A stretch of 64,000 nucleotides of DNA from Gnetum montanum (Eukaryota; Plantae; Gnetophyta), in assembly GCA_015680685.1 (NCBI GenBank), contig MNCI01001939.1, positions 80,563 to 144,562 on the forward strand. The letters are read 5' to 3'. Each line of letters starts with the position of its first letter. The first letter of the stretch is position 1. The position numbers and the translations under genes are program-made. Below the pieces are notes generated by a model. The model was not told the DNA's origin and made no database searches. It worked only from the letters and a program-made list of their open reading frames with translations. Below are positions 11,796-22,945 of the stretch, in pieces.

Positions 11796-14556
11796 ATGGC
11801 CCTGAAACGTGGACAATAGGAAGGTCCCACTCAAGGTGGAAGCAAATGATCTCGGAGAGGTGGAAAATAAGATCCTATCGGACAACATGCAAAATAGGAG
11901 GAATAATCATTCAACATTTATCAAGAGAATCCTCCTACCATACGGTTCGGGCAGGCAGAAGGAGGAGCTGCTGTAGCGCTTGAATGGGGACAATAGCTCA
12001 CGTTGCCCCAAGATTGTATTCAGGCCATCCATGAAAAGTCCACATTCACTGCGGTGATTGTGGAATTGAACTTCGAATCTTTTGCAGAGTTCACTCCTAA
12101 GGCCATTAGGGATCACCTCAAAGGATCCCCATTATGGCCTACCCTCTTTGAAAGTGGTGCCTAGTACCTAGGGGAGACGTACCAATTTTGGCACAATAGG
12201 GAGCAAGGCACCACTATCAATATTTGTGGTGTGATAGTTGACTTCTCCACACAAACCATTTTGGAAGTATTAAACCTTCCGAATACAAGGCCCAAGGTTA
12301 CTCAATTATCCACCCGTTCAGACCCCGATGTGCGAAAGAATTGGTTGGAGAAGGCTTATGGCATAGATAAAACATTTGGTGAGTTGATGACAGAAAAGAG
12401 GATTTACTTCAAAATTGGAACATATCACCTCTTCCCAACAAAGGGCTTGAAAAGAATATCAACGTATGCAGCTAGAGGATGTGCAATGTTGATGGGAAAG
12501 GTTAACGCCAACCTGCCCCATGTATATTTGACGAAGATCCTGAGGTGGTTCAAAGAACGAAAGACAGGGAAGATGGCACTGCCTTTCCCTTGTCTTATCA
12601 GAAAGCTTTGCCAATGTGTTGGTATTCAGGGATACACCAATGATTTCCTCCAAAAAGCCCAAATTGCTAAAGGTGCCAGCTCCAAGGAAAAGCACTGGCG
12701 AAGAGTTGGGACCAGAACAAGAAGAAGAACAGATGGCTGGACCAACTGCAACTCAACTTGCAAGACCCAGTCAACCTCCAAGCACGGGTCCCAGCCAACA
12801 ACAGGAAGCAGGGCCCAACACAAGCCAGGATCAACAGCCACCGCAAGACTACAGACCATCCATGAGCCATCTTAGGGCCATCGCTAAGACGGTCAATTGG
12901 GGAAGTGATGATGACACAAACCTCTTCCGTGTCATTGATGATGCCATACAGCCCACTGTTTCTTTGGATCGCACAAGGGGTGAAGTCTCTATTCACACAG
13001 GCGGAGGGGAAAGTAGATAATCACAACAAATCTCAGGAAACATGGCATCTTTCCAGGTGCAGTTAGAGACCAGTGAAGGGGCCACTGTGGTGGTCATGCA
13101 ACACCAGGATGCTACAGGAGCTGCAGAAGTGGTCGTTGACCACATCAAAGAATCCTTCAAGGTACCTGTTGTGCCACCAGCAGATCTCATAGGAGCACAG
13201 GATGCTCAAACTTTGGCTGAAACCTCAATGACTCCTGTGGAACATGATGATGCGCTTGATCGATTGCTCCAAACAGGGCAAGTAATGACGTCCCTATTTG
13301 ACATCCTTCAGGATGTTACGGTAATTCAGTCAGTCCTCATTTCCACAAAGGGGAAGCTGGTCTTAACAGAAGTAAGGGTCGAGCATGTGGAAGCAGAAGT
13401 GAAGAAATTACAAGAGCATCTTATAACCCTACAAGCAGCATAGCAGGACCCTCTACAATTTGTTCCTGTAGATCAGCTAGATAACTTTAGAACTAAGCAA
13501 CTAACCAAGTTAATCATAGAGAATAAAAAGGTAGCTGATGAAAAAGAGAAGGTTGTTTGGGATGCCTCTGCAGCACATGTGCAAACTCATGCACATCTTA
13601 AGGCACTCAAGGCTTTACAAGAACAAAACAAGTAGCTCGTTGCAAAAAACCTTCAGTTGACCACTGTAGAAAAGCAAAAGAACGTCCTTGAGGAACACTT
13701 CCATCATTCGTGAGAATAATTAATCCGAGTCAATTAAGGCATGAGCCATTTAGCTAGAGAAAATCGAACCCTCTTGATGGAGGAGGTACGCACAATTCGT
13801 CAAAAATCAGCCATTGAGATAAGCGTGTGGCAAAATGAGGCTAAATGACATGAAAAGCTGAAGGAGCACTTCTGAGATTAGGTGGGGATGTACAAACAGA
13901 TCCTTGAGAAGGAGACCCATATGGCCAAGGCCTAGATCAATGTAATCAGTGCTCAACACATTGACTGGTAGGCCATATTAGACACATATGCCTTCGCCCA
14001 CCAAGCAGAAGTTAAGAGCTGGGACCTGCAGATTTAGGATTTGATAAAATACATGGAGTTGGCTAATTTGAGGTATGCCAACCTTGCCATGTTAATAGTA
14101 TGGCGCCTGAGAACAGAGCTCAAGCAGCAGGTAGCAACCACCCACATTAAATACGAAGCAGAATTTGCAGAGTGCAAGAAGCTTTTGGAGAAACTAGAGG
14201 TCGCAAATTCTAAACTTAAGGTGGTAAAAGCCAGCTGCCAAGGCCAGAAAGGTGTCACAACGGACTTGGCTCGACAGCTAACAGATTTTCAAGAGTACAA
14301 GGATAAAGCCAGAGCCTATGAGGAGGAACGACAGGTGTTCGAAGCTTGGCATGTCAAAGCCAATCAAATGTTTCTGCAACTATTCTATTCGTGGGAAGTG
14401 CCGACTCCATCAAACATTGGAACATTAGCATGGACGGCACAAGACCCTTGAACTGAAGAGGAGAAGCTCTAGGCCATACTTCAATATCATCAAGCCTCAA
14501 AACCTAGAGCACAGAACAAAGGGAAAGCACCAATGGAGGAGCCACCACCACTTTGA
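11796..14556 (+). pseudogene. Retroelement accessory ORF (env-like position): plant transposon protein (Transposase_32-like) domain, Q/P-rich linker, long coiled coil; decayed
   Basis: AG|ATG-GCC start (MALKRG). Motif LPFPCLIRKLCQCVGI. Heptad-rich C-terminal half. Colinear homology to 59700-62925. Many stops are CAG/CAA/CGA to T changes. Confidence 0.75.
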
Positions 14557-14653
14557 ACTACTTGAGTTCCACCCATTTTTGTAGATGTAGAACATTTGTG
14601 TTGTGTCGTTATTTTGTTTTCATTTCACACTGCAGCATAGTCCCATTTTCACC

Positions 14654-15164
14654 NNNNNNNNNNNNNNNNNNNNNNNNNNNNNNNNNNNNNNNNNNNNNNN
14701 NNNNNNNNNNNNNNNNNNNNNNNNNNNNNNNNNNNNNNNNNNNNNNNNNNNNNNNNNNNNNNNNNNNNNNNNNNNNNNNNNNNNNNNNNNNNNNNNNNNN
14801 NNNNNNNNNNNNNNNNNNNNNNNNNNNNNNNNNNNNNNNNNNNNNNNNNNNNNNNNNNNNNNNNNNNNNNNNNNNNNNNNNNNNNNNNNNNNNNNNNNNN
14901 NNNNNNNNNNNNNNNNNNNNNNNNNNNNNNNNNNNNNNNNNNNNNNNNNNNNNNNNNNNNNNNNNNNNNNNNNNNNNNNNNNNNNNNNNNNNNNNNNNNN
15001 NNNNNNNNNNNNNNNNNNNNNNNNNNNNNNNNNNNNNNNNNNNNNNNNNNNNNNNNNNNNNNNNNNNNNNNNNNNNNNNNNNNNNNNNNNNNNNNNNNNN
15101 NNNNNNNNNNNNNNNNNNNNNNNNNNNNNNNNNNNNNNNNNNNNNNNNNNNNNNNNNNNNNNNN
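14654..15164. other. Assembly gap (others at 11304-11325, 30132-30529 and 48971)
   Basis: N runs. This gap is shorter than the missing 573 bp of LTR, so its size is probably underestimated. Confidence 0.98.
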
Positions 15165-15356
15165 CATCATACACCTCACTCTGGACTAAACCATACGTGA
15201 CCAAGCTAATACTAGTCCAAGTGGAAAGACAGCGAACTGTAACCTAAGGCTAACTATTTAGATGCCACAACTAGTCCGTCTGCGGAGTTCGACCGGATCA
15301 CGTGTGTAACACTTGAATTCGTATGGTTGAGTGTAGGGGTACCTCGCCACTCATCA
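15165..15356 (+). repeat. Visible 3' end of the 3' LTR
   Basis: About 22 mismatches in 192 bp to 7520-7711; followed by the TSD. Confidence 0.9.
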
Positions 15357-15861
15357 ACAAGTAAGGATAATGAATAGCCTAACTAATATAAGTGACCAAC
15401 AATTAATTGGTTACATCTCATCAATTTTATTGACTTAAGCATATCAAAGAAGCAACCAATTACAAATTTCTTGATTGGAGATTCAATGAGAGAGATAATC
15501 AAGGAGTAGATTTTACTTCACTATTGCAACATAATACATGTGAAAATTTTATTTTACATGGTATAATAAAAGAAAATGGTGATATGCTTATTTTTAATAT
15601 AAGTATAATTTTAAAATTTATAAAATAGTTTGGCCACTGAATAACAATTATTTGTTTTAAAAATATATTGTAAATGTCAAATATATTGCTATGAATTTTA
15701 GCAACAAACTTTTGCGAAGTCCAAAAGATGTTAAAAATTTTTAAATTTAACTTAAAAAAGAAAACAATTTAAGTGAAAGTAGAGTTGCTTTATTAAATAG
15801 ATGAAAGATTTGCAATTAGTTATTATGTTTTTTATTTCTATATTTACTTTTAAAATATTTT

Positions 15862-15912
15862 TAATTCGTAACCATCATTGCAAATCTTTATTCCAATGAT
15901 GGTTACGAATTA
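15862..15912. repeat. Perfect 19-bp inverted repeat with a 13-nt loop
   Basis: TAATTCGTAACCATCATTG ... CAATGATGGTTACGAATTA. Confidence 0.9.
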
Positions 15913-15962
15913 TTATCTTTATTCTCATGGTATTATCTCATGATTGCTATTATCTCAAATGG

Positions 15963-16073
15963 TATACATGAAGAATGCTCTTTGCAAATACTTTTTTGTT
16001 TGATTGCTATTATCTTTATTCCTGGAATGATAGTGGTTAGAGTTTCATGAGAAAAGAGCATTCTTCATGTATA
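15963..16073. repeat. Perfect 21-bp inverted repeat with a 69-nt spacer
   Basis: TATACATGAAGAATGCTCTTT ... AAAGAGCATTCTTCATGTATA. Confidence 0.9.
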
Positions 16074-17499
16074 TTACAGTCAATTGTATTTAATTTTCCT
16101 AATACAATTCAATCTTACAACCATCTACATAACAGAAATTTGATTATTATTGATTGAACAATGGCTTTTTAAAAATCAATCTCTATCAAAAATACTCTTG
16201 AATTTCTTGAACTATATATATTATTCCCGATCATGAATTATCAGAGTTGCTAAGTACATGTTCCAAATAACAATTTTAAATGATAATAACAGCTTTTTTG
16301 AAAGCTGCAATTATGAAAGTATAATAAATTGATTATAGTAATTTCAGAAAAAAGGCCAGCAGATCCCTAAAAATTTTCAAACGATTTAATGAATGATTAC
16401 CTTGTAAACAATGCAGATTACTTAAAAAGAAAGATTAAGATGGAGGGCTCTTTCGTTTAATGCATTCCTACCTCTAAAATTTTCTTTTGTTTATTGAGTA
16501 AATTAGAATCTTCCTGGAAATATATGCCATATTGGGATCAAAGCATGTTAACTCCACGCGTTCTACCTAAGCTAAAAATTAGGAAACTTCTCTCATCAAA
16601 CACCTCCAATTAAGTGCAAATTAAAACATTAATTTTCGATTGGACGGCTGGGACCTTCATCTTCGAATCTTCTTATCGACACAGTAAAGCCATGGCAGTG
16701 CTGTCTGGCACGTGTCGGAATTGAATAGAAAGCTTGACCTCTGCTGTAGGCGCAAAAAACAAAAAAAAACAACGAAAATCAATCACGATTAGCTTTTCTG
16801 AGGGGCTGTGGCAGTTGAGCCACAGAAGATGTGAAAGAGATCCCAAAGACAAAGGCATGATCAACGATGTATGCTTGCCATTCTGTGTACGCCATGGATA
16901 TGAATCTGCCCAATGTTAACCAACGTGGAAGGTGTAATCAGCTTGCTAGGATTGATGGGTGGATGGATAGATGAATGAATGGTGGAACTTAGATGATGAA
17001 ATCTCACCTTAATCATTTCGTAACTCAACCAAGTTCCTTCTTCATATACACTTTTGATATAGATTTAATTAACAGTTTAAGATGTTGAAATTGAACTGGT
17101 TTAATACTAAATTGATAGGCTCAATTTTAATTAAAAACACTTGTTTAACATTAAACAATGTATCACGTCCTGATCTTCATACTGGCCTTGATAAAAGCAT
17201 GATTAATTAGCTTGTAATCTCATTTCAACGACAAGAATCCCAGGAGCCTGTGAACAACCTCATGGATTCCATTGTGTATGGCTTCTAAGATAAAAATGGG
17301 TATTCTGTCCTCCATTGTGCCGTCCACGTAATGAAAAAGAAGAATCCACTATAGCAATCAACACCAATGAGGTTCTGATGTACGTCAGACATAATAAAAT
17401 TAGCCCGGAAGCGTTGAAATCATTGAGATACTGTTGCAGATACTGTGCAGCACCACAACCAGTGCATTATGCAAAAGGAACCAGAAGCATATATCCAAC

Positions 17500-20400
17500 T
17501 ATCAACAATAATGAGCAATATTCTGATCATTCTCCCCAAACTTTCTTATTTGGAGAAGCATGTATGCTGCAATTTTGTTGCTATAAATCTCTCTGATGAA
17601 AGCAGAAAGCTTCATTCTCTGCTCACCCTTTTGGTCTTTCTCCTGCTATATGCTTCTTCCTGTCTTTCTCTGTGGCAATGGAAAACAAACATGGAGATCC
17701 AGAGGCAGGAGTAGGCAACAACACAATTATTGTGTTTAAGTAGGCAACAACACAATTATTATGTTTAATTTTGATCTCACATTAATTGACTCTGACTGTG
17801 ACCTGTTTGTCATGGAGAAGTTTGGCCTTGCTAACGTATTTGAGGCCTTTCTCACCATTCTTCCATAGAACACTTGAAGAACACTTCTATTGCGACGCCC
17901 AATTGACCAATTCCTGTTTCTGTTGATTCTGATGGTGTATTTTGTTTTACCCATTTCAGTCTATTTGAGTTTGATTTTCATAATAAAAATATAGCACTGG
18001 TTTCTAGTTATTTTGGGCTGCAACTCATTTTCACTAAATGTTGAAGGACAAAATGATGGGGGTATTGCATGCTCAAGGAAAATCAATTTCAGATATTGAG
18101 AAGGCAGCAAAGGCTGTTACCGTGAATCCGCCTACTGTGTCGGCCCTCAAACGCCTCCACGCTTTGGGGTTGAGCTTTTTAAATTTTACAATATTTTATT
18201 TTTTTTTGGGTTATCCGCATGACTGAGGCTCTTTTATTACTTACTTTGTTTTATGAATCGTCATTGACATCATAGTTGTCAATCAAGAATTTTTCATTAA
18301 TCTCATTGCAATTATGCAATCTCCTTAACAACCTCTTTCTTCACATAATAGTGATGCGCATTTTAATTTTCATTGGGTCAAAATACTTCAAGGAATATTA
18401 AAAAGTACAGGTTGAAGCAAAAGTGGATATATGTTAGATAAACAGGTGTGATTTGAGGATAGTGAGCAAGGCCAAACTTCTCCAAGTCACTTCTCCATGA
18501 CAAACTGGTCACAGTCACAGTCAATTAATACATTATCTGACATATATCAAATTTTGCTTCAACCTGTACTTTATCTAACCTGTTTGTCATGGAGAAGTTT
18601 GGCTTCTGCTGTGCTTTACAGAAATCAAGACGAATCCTTCAACTGTAGAGGCAAATGGACGGCTTAGAATTAGATCCTATCATCCCTTCACAACCAAGCC
18701 ACCTCATGGTTGTTCCTCTGCTCCCCTAACATGTGCAAGGTTTGCTTAGTTCCCAACGTTTTATCCGGCTTTACTGTTCAGTTTCTTTAAAGTTTGAAAT
18801 AACTGTTAAAGGTGGGTGTGAATTTGTTGGCAGGGAGCTATCATAAAGGAAATGATGGGATCAAACTATGACAAAATATATATTTATGTGGGTGATGCAA
18901 ATGGAGATTTCTGCCTCTCTTCAAAACTCAGAGCTGCAGACCATGTTCTGCCCAAAAAAAAAGTGCTCTGATGCAGTGATTCATGTTTGAAATTAAAACG
19001 GTTGAGATTGATTGTAAAAATCTAACAATATTTTGAAATTTTGAATTTCTCATGTCAAATACCCACTGTGAAATTTGATTGAGTCACATCATGAGATAGT
19101 TGAAGCTCAAGTACATGGCTGGTCTAACGCCTTGGACATGGAAGCGGTACTATTGAAAATTATTTTTTAGATTGAAATTCTGAAGTTGGTTGGAGAGTAT
19201 CACTAGCAGCAAATTAAATTTCAAGTTGGGGTGAAACCATAAAAGGATACTTTCAAATGACAGCATAATGTAGAGGAAATTGCAGAAAGGATAACTGAAA
19301 AATCACTTTAGTCAATTATGATATAGTGTATCCTGTTTCATAAAGTGTTTTGCCTTATCATCCTGTGTCAACATTAGATAATAGAACAAATGCGCTGAAT
19401 AATCTGAACATACTGTTAGTCCTGCAAAACAGATAAATTGCATTCATAAATATGAATTAACCATCCTAAATTCTTGCACAATATTCTGTGACATCTCTGA
19501 ATTTTTCCTAAGAAATGTTTACTCTTCTTTATGATGTAGTTATAGCATTAAAAGGATTATTGTCTAACACTACCATGAATAAAAAAGAAATCCTACACAA
19601 AATTTCTTAAGCCATGCTGGCAAACAAAGTTAACCAAAATCACCCTTAAGGAAGCCTTCCCTTATATGCGTCTATGCATATCTAACCTTTTAAATAATTT
19701 TCAAACTGCTCATTAAAACTCAAAAATTTTTAACATGATAGAAGAAACCATTGCTAGAACAAGTTGATGATCACTGTACTTTTATCCCAATAACATCGTT
19801 AACTTGTTAAATTATTGGACAGTTGTCTGATATCATATATAGTGCCTCCAAGTCACTTGTTCCTTTAATGAGTTGCTTAATAAGTTATTTTTGCATCCTT
19901 TGAATACCAAAAATTGACACAAAATTTGATTCCAATGGCTCAATACCAAAGCTTGAATGTTTCTTAAATTACATGAATTTATATGAAAGTAGATATACAT
20001 TGGAAATTTGGAATGCAAACTTTCGTAGCAATAGCAAGGATAGAAACCAAAAGAAGTACATTAGGAAGGATGAATATGTATTTTTCCAATCAATTAGTAA
20101 TATGAATGGGTGTAATCAATTAGTATGAAATAGGCTCAATTAACTAATGATATTGTGGGGGTTTAATAAATTAGCAATATGGCATGGCCTCAAAGTTGGA
20201 TAAAGTTTATATTTTATGGAGATTCCAAATTTGACCATCTTCCCTGTTGTAGTTTTTAGCATTCAATTGGTCATGTATGATCTAACCTTGATCTTTGCGA
20301 GGATTCTACCCTTAAGTCATTGTGAACTTAGTCCAAAGAGGTTTCAAGTAGTTGGAGTTAAAAATGTAGTCCATCTTGAACTTTAAAAGCCCTGGGCTAA

Positions 20401-20710
20401 AATAATATGTGAAATAACTTTCCGAAGACCCCATTGTCACATAACAATAGCAACAGCCACCATGACTAGCTAATACATATAGTATAGATATAACCAAGAT
20501 ACATTAATAAGGGTTTACTGATAAAGTAAGGTTGATGTACATTATACTGAGATATGTAATACTTAAATCAATGAGAGCTAGCTTAAATAGTTAGTTCATT
20601 GTTTTACAAGGATGTGCTAGTAAGAGGTTGTCAATTCAGGTCACATTCAAGGTATTTTTTTGGAGTTTTGACATCCACCTATAAAAATACACATTTAAAG
20701 GTATTAGGTA
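17500..20710 (+). repeat. Tandem segmental duplication unit, matching about 24345-27560 (5' leader, gene and about 1.5 kb of 3' flank)
   Basis: Shared ordered blocks, e.g. TTCTGATCATTCTCC, TTGGAATGCAAAC, TTAGTCYAAAGAG, CCCATTGT, AAAATAYACATTTAA. Ends approximate. Confidence 0.75.
17678..19206 (+). pseudogene. Pseudogene copy of the PHOSPHO1/PPsPase/PECP-family HAD phosphatase
   Basis: Colinear with 24480-26106. A 29-bp duplication (17710-17767) gives TAG at 17741. Catalytic DFD is now NFD, Trp to stop in exon 1, splice sites lost, exon 3 rearranged, further stop at 19168. Confidence 0.93.
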
Positions 20711-20992
20711 GACACGTAGCTAGGGATCATCATTTGTAGTAATGGTAAGGTGCTTGTTTCTCAAGTTGAAAGATGTAAGTCTACACTTGGACACAATCAC
20801 TTGAAAAAGGTGGGCTTTTGCTTATCCATTGACCCTCTTAGAACCTCATGTGGTAGGATGAGCATTAAAGCTCCACATGATGATTCTTTAAGATATACAA
20901 ATAACTTTGCTAAAAAAATAAATTTAAAAGCATTACATACACAACAAGTTATGAAAATCAATTTAAATATACTATGCTAATATATATACTAC

Positions 20993-21073
20993 TATCATTT
21001 AGCAATCGTAAGTTCCATGCTAAGGCTAAGGGGTATATCATTTAGCAATCGTAAGTTCCATGCTAAGGGGTAT
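20993..21073. repeat. Tandem duplication, period 43 bp
   Basis: TATCATTTAGCAATCGTAAGTTCCATGCTAAGG present twice. Confidence 0.9.
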
Positions 21074-21964
21074 GCTAAAACATATCTCAACTTGACATGC
21101 TACATATTAACAGGGCCAACGGAAATAGCATTATGATGATTATGATATATTAGCTACTTAAATATATTATAAAAATATATATTGACAACGTAGTGTTGGC
21201 CTACTTTAGATTAGGATTGATCGTTACATGGATTTTACTTCATTACAACTTTTGGAAGTGTTGAAGCTGAAACATTTTTTGTTAACCATTCAAACTTTGG
21301 TTTCTTATTATCTTATACTTCTGACAGGGGTAGCTGTGTTCCTTTTGGACAGACATAATGATTCGACAGTGTCCTCTGTTTTCTCCTCTTTCTTTTTTGT
21401 TTGAAACCTTTCGCAACCCAGCCCAGATTGTTAATTTACAATTCAATCGTACCGATGCGTCTTTGGATGAGCATCATTTGTTTCTTATTTAGGCTGCCAA
21501 ATGTTCGTTTTGTTAAAAACATGCAGCCAATAATCGCGGCGTCGCAGATCGGCTAACTTTTAATAAATAAAAAATAAAAGATCGACGCAGATCTCAGACG
21601 ACCCCAGTTTAAATACAGTTATAATAAAAATATGTACCTCGGATATGGAAGGATTCTTCGCATCTTAGCAGTTAGGAGGACTCATTATGCCTGTCAAACT
21701 TTAAAATCGAGGAGATCTACCACGACGGCAGATAATCCAACCTGGAACAAGAGGAAATTCCTTTAAATAAATGAAACTTTACTCGAGAAATGAGGTAATC
21801 TTTTGGGCCTTGATAAATCTAAAAATTGATTTCTCTGTAACAGGATAACTATACATGTACAGGAATTAGCTACAGGAAATGGCTCCAGAAGCTGCTTCGA
21901 TCTGCCTTCCTTTGCATGCATGCATCCATCTGACAAGGAAACTTTGACATTTAATGGAGAACTG

Positions 21965-22945
21965 TGTGAGTTTTAGATATCTCTTGTGATAACAGTAAAA
22001 AATAAATCAACAGAAAAAATGCAATAATATATCTTGGAAAAACAAAAAAAAACCCAGCAAGAAATAGCCTCTGCATCTTTATGTCAGCTCAAAGAGAATT
22101 TCTGAAACACAAGGAACAGCAGTAGTGAAGGGGAAAAAAAGCATAGGGATAAAGGCCAAACACATTGCTTTAAAGGCTTCATTATAACCATATTTATAGC
22201 ATGGGATGGACATCTGTTAACTTAGCTAACCATACCTAACAACATCACAAAGACCATCATCACCTAGTTTGACTACACCCAAATTACAAACAAAGTATTC
22301 ACAAAACCATTCAAAGTGTAGGTAAAGTGATAGGAAATACCAAAATCAATATACCAAGAAACTCTTTTTGTGTCATCACCTAACGACACCACATATAAAT
22401 CTCACTCTCAATGAGAATGAGGAATTGTTTAGTACAAATCTTTTAATTTGTCCCATAGGTCTTTGGCGGTTAGAACTCCAGAAACATTGACCAACACCAA
22501 ATGAGAGACATAAACGAATCTATCTTTGTGTCTTTCTATCCAAGGCCTCCAGTCTAAATTTGTGGCAGCAAGAGCCTTTGAATCAACAATGATTTTCCAA
22601 AGATCTTTGCTAACAAAAAGATCCACCATGTACGTTCTCCAAACTTCATAATCATTATCAGAGAATTTTTCAACTTTGATTTTTGCAAAGTTTGCCATAC
22701 CCTGAAATCAAACAACACCACAAAAGAACTTGGCTCCAATAGCAATTGTGATTTTTAGATAATTTGTGATAACTATAAAAATTAAATCAACAGAAAAAAC
22801 ACAATAATATATCCTAGGGAAAGAGAAAGACCCCAGCAAGAAACAGGCTCCTACATCTTTCTGTCAGCTTAAAGAAAATTTCTAAAACACAATGAACAGT
22901 AGAGAATGAGAAAAAAGAAAGCATAGGGATGAAAGCTAAACACAC
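21965..22945 (-). mobile_element. Miniature, internally deleted Ty1/copia: two LTR copies around gag N-terminus and a protease remnant
   Basis: Direct repeats at 21965-22164 and 22747-22945. Decayed reverse PBS-Met GGCTCCAATAGCA. Gag ORF 22429-22698 (KVEKFSDNDYEVWR...TAKDLWDKLKDLY). WYIDFGISYHFT at about 22320-22357. Confidence 0.85.

Larger units (their letters stand above)
6947..15356 (+). mobile_element. Full-length non-autonomous Athila-like LTR element (gag plus accessory ORF, no pol seen), TSD ACAAG
   Basis: Termini TGATGAGT...ACTCATCA. ACAAG at 6942-6946 and 15357-15361. PBS-Asp, gag domain, second ORF. The 3' LTR lies partly in an N-gap. Confidence 0.9.

Noticed and set aside
14553-15247. 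Long ORFs in the ORF track (also 30103-30564)
   Set aside because: They read through N-gaps as poly-X.
16705-16716. G-box/ABRE GGCACGTGTC upstream of the pseudogene
   Set aside because: Single short motif about 1 kb from a dead gene with no counterpart at the intact copy.
20300-20900. Possible ancient Copia RT remnant (minus-strand LVISILYV)
   Set aside because: A single weak motif with no further support.
21635-21700. Exon-like segment on the minus strand (TTTGACAG...GAG|GTAC)
   Set aside because: Stops in all three frames and no partner exons recognised; at most a non-coding exon.
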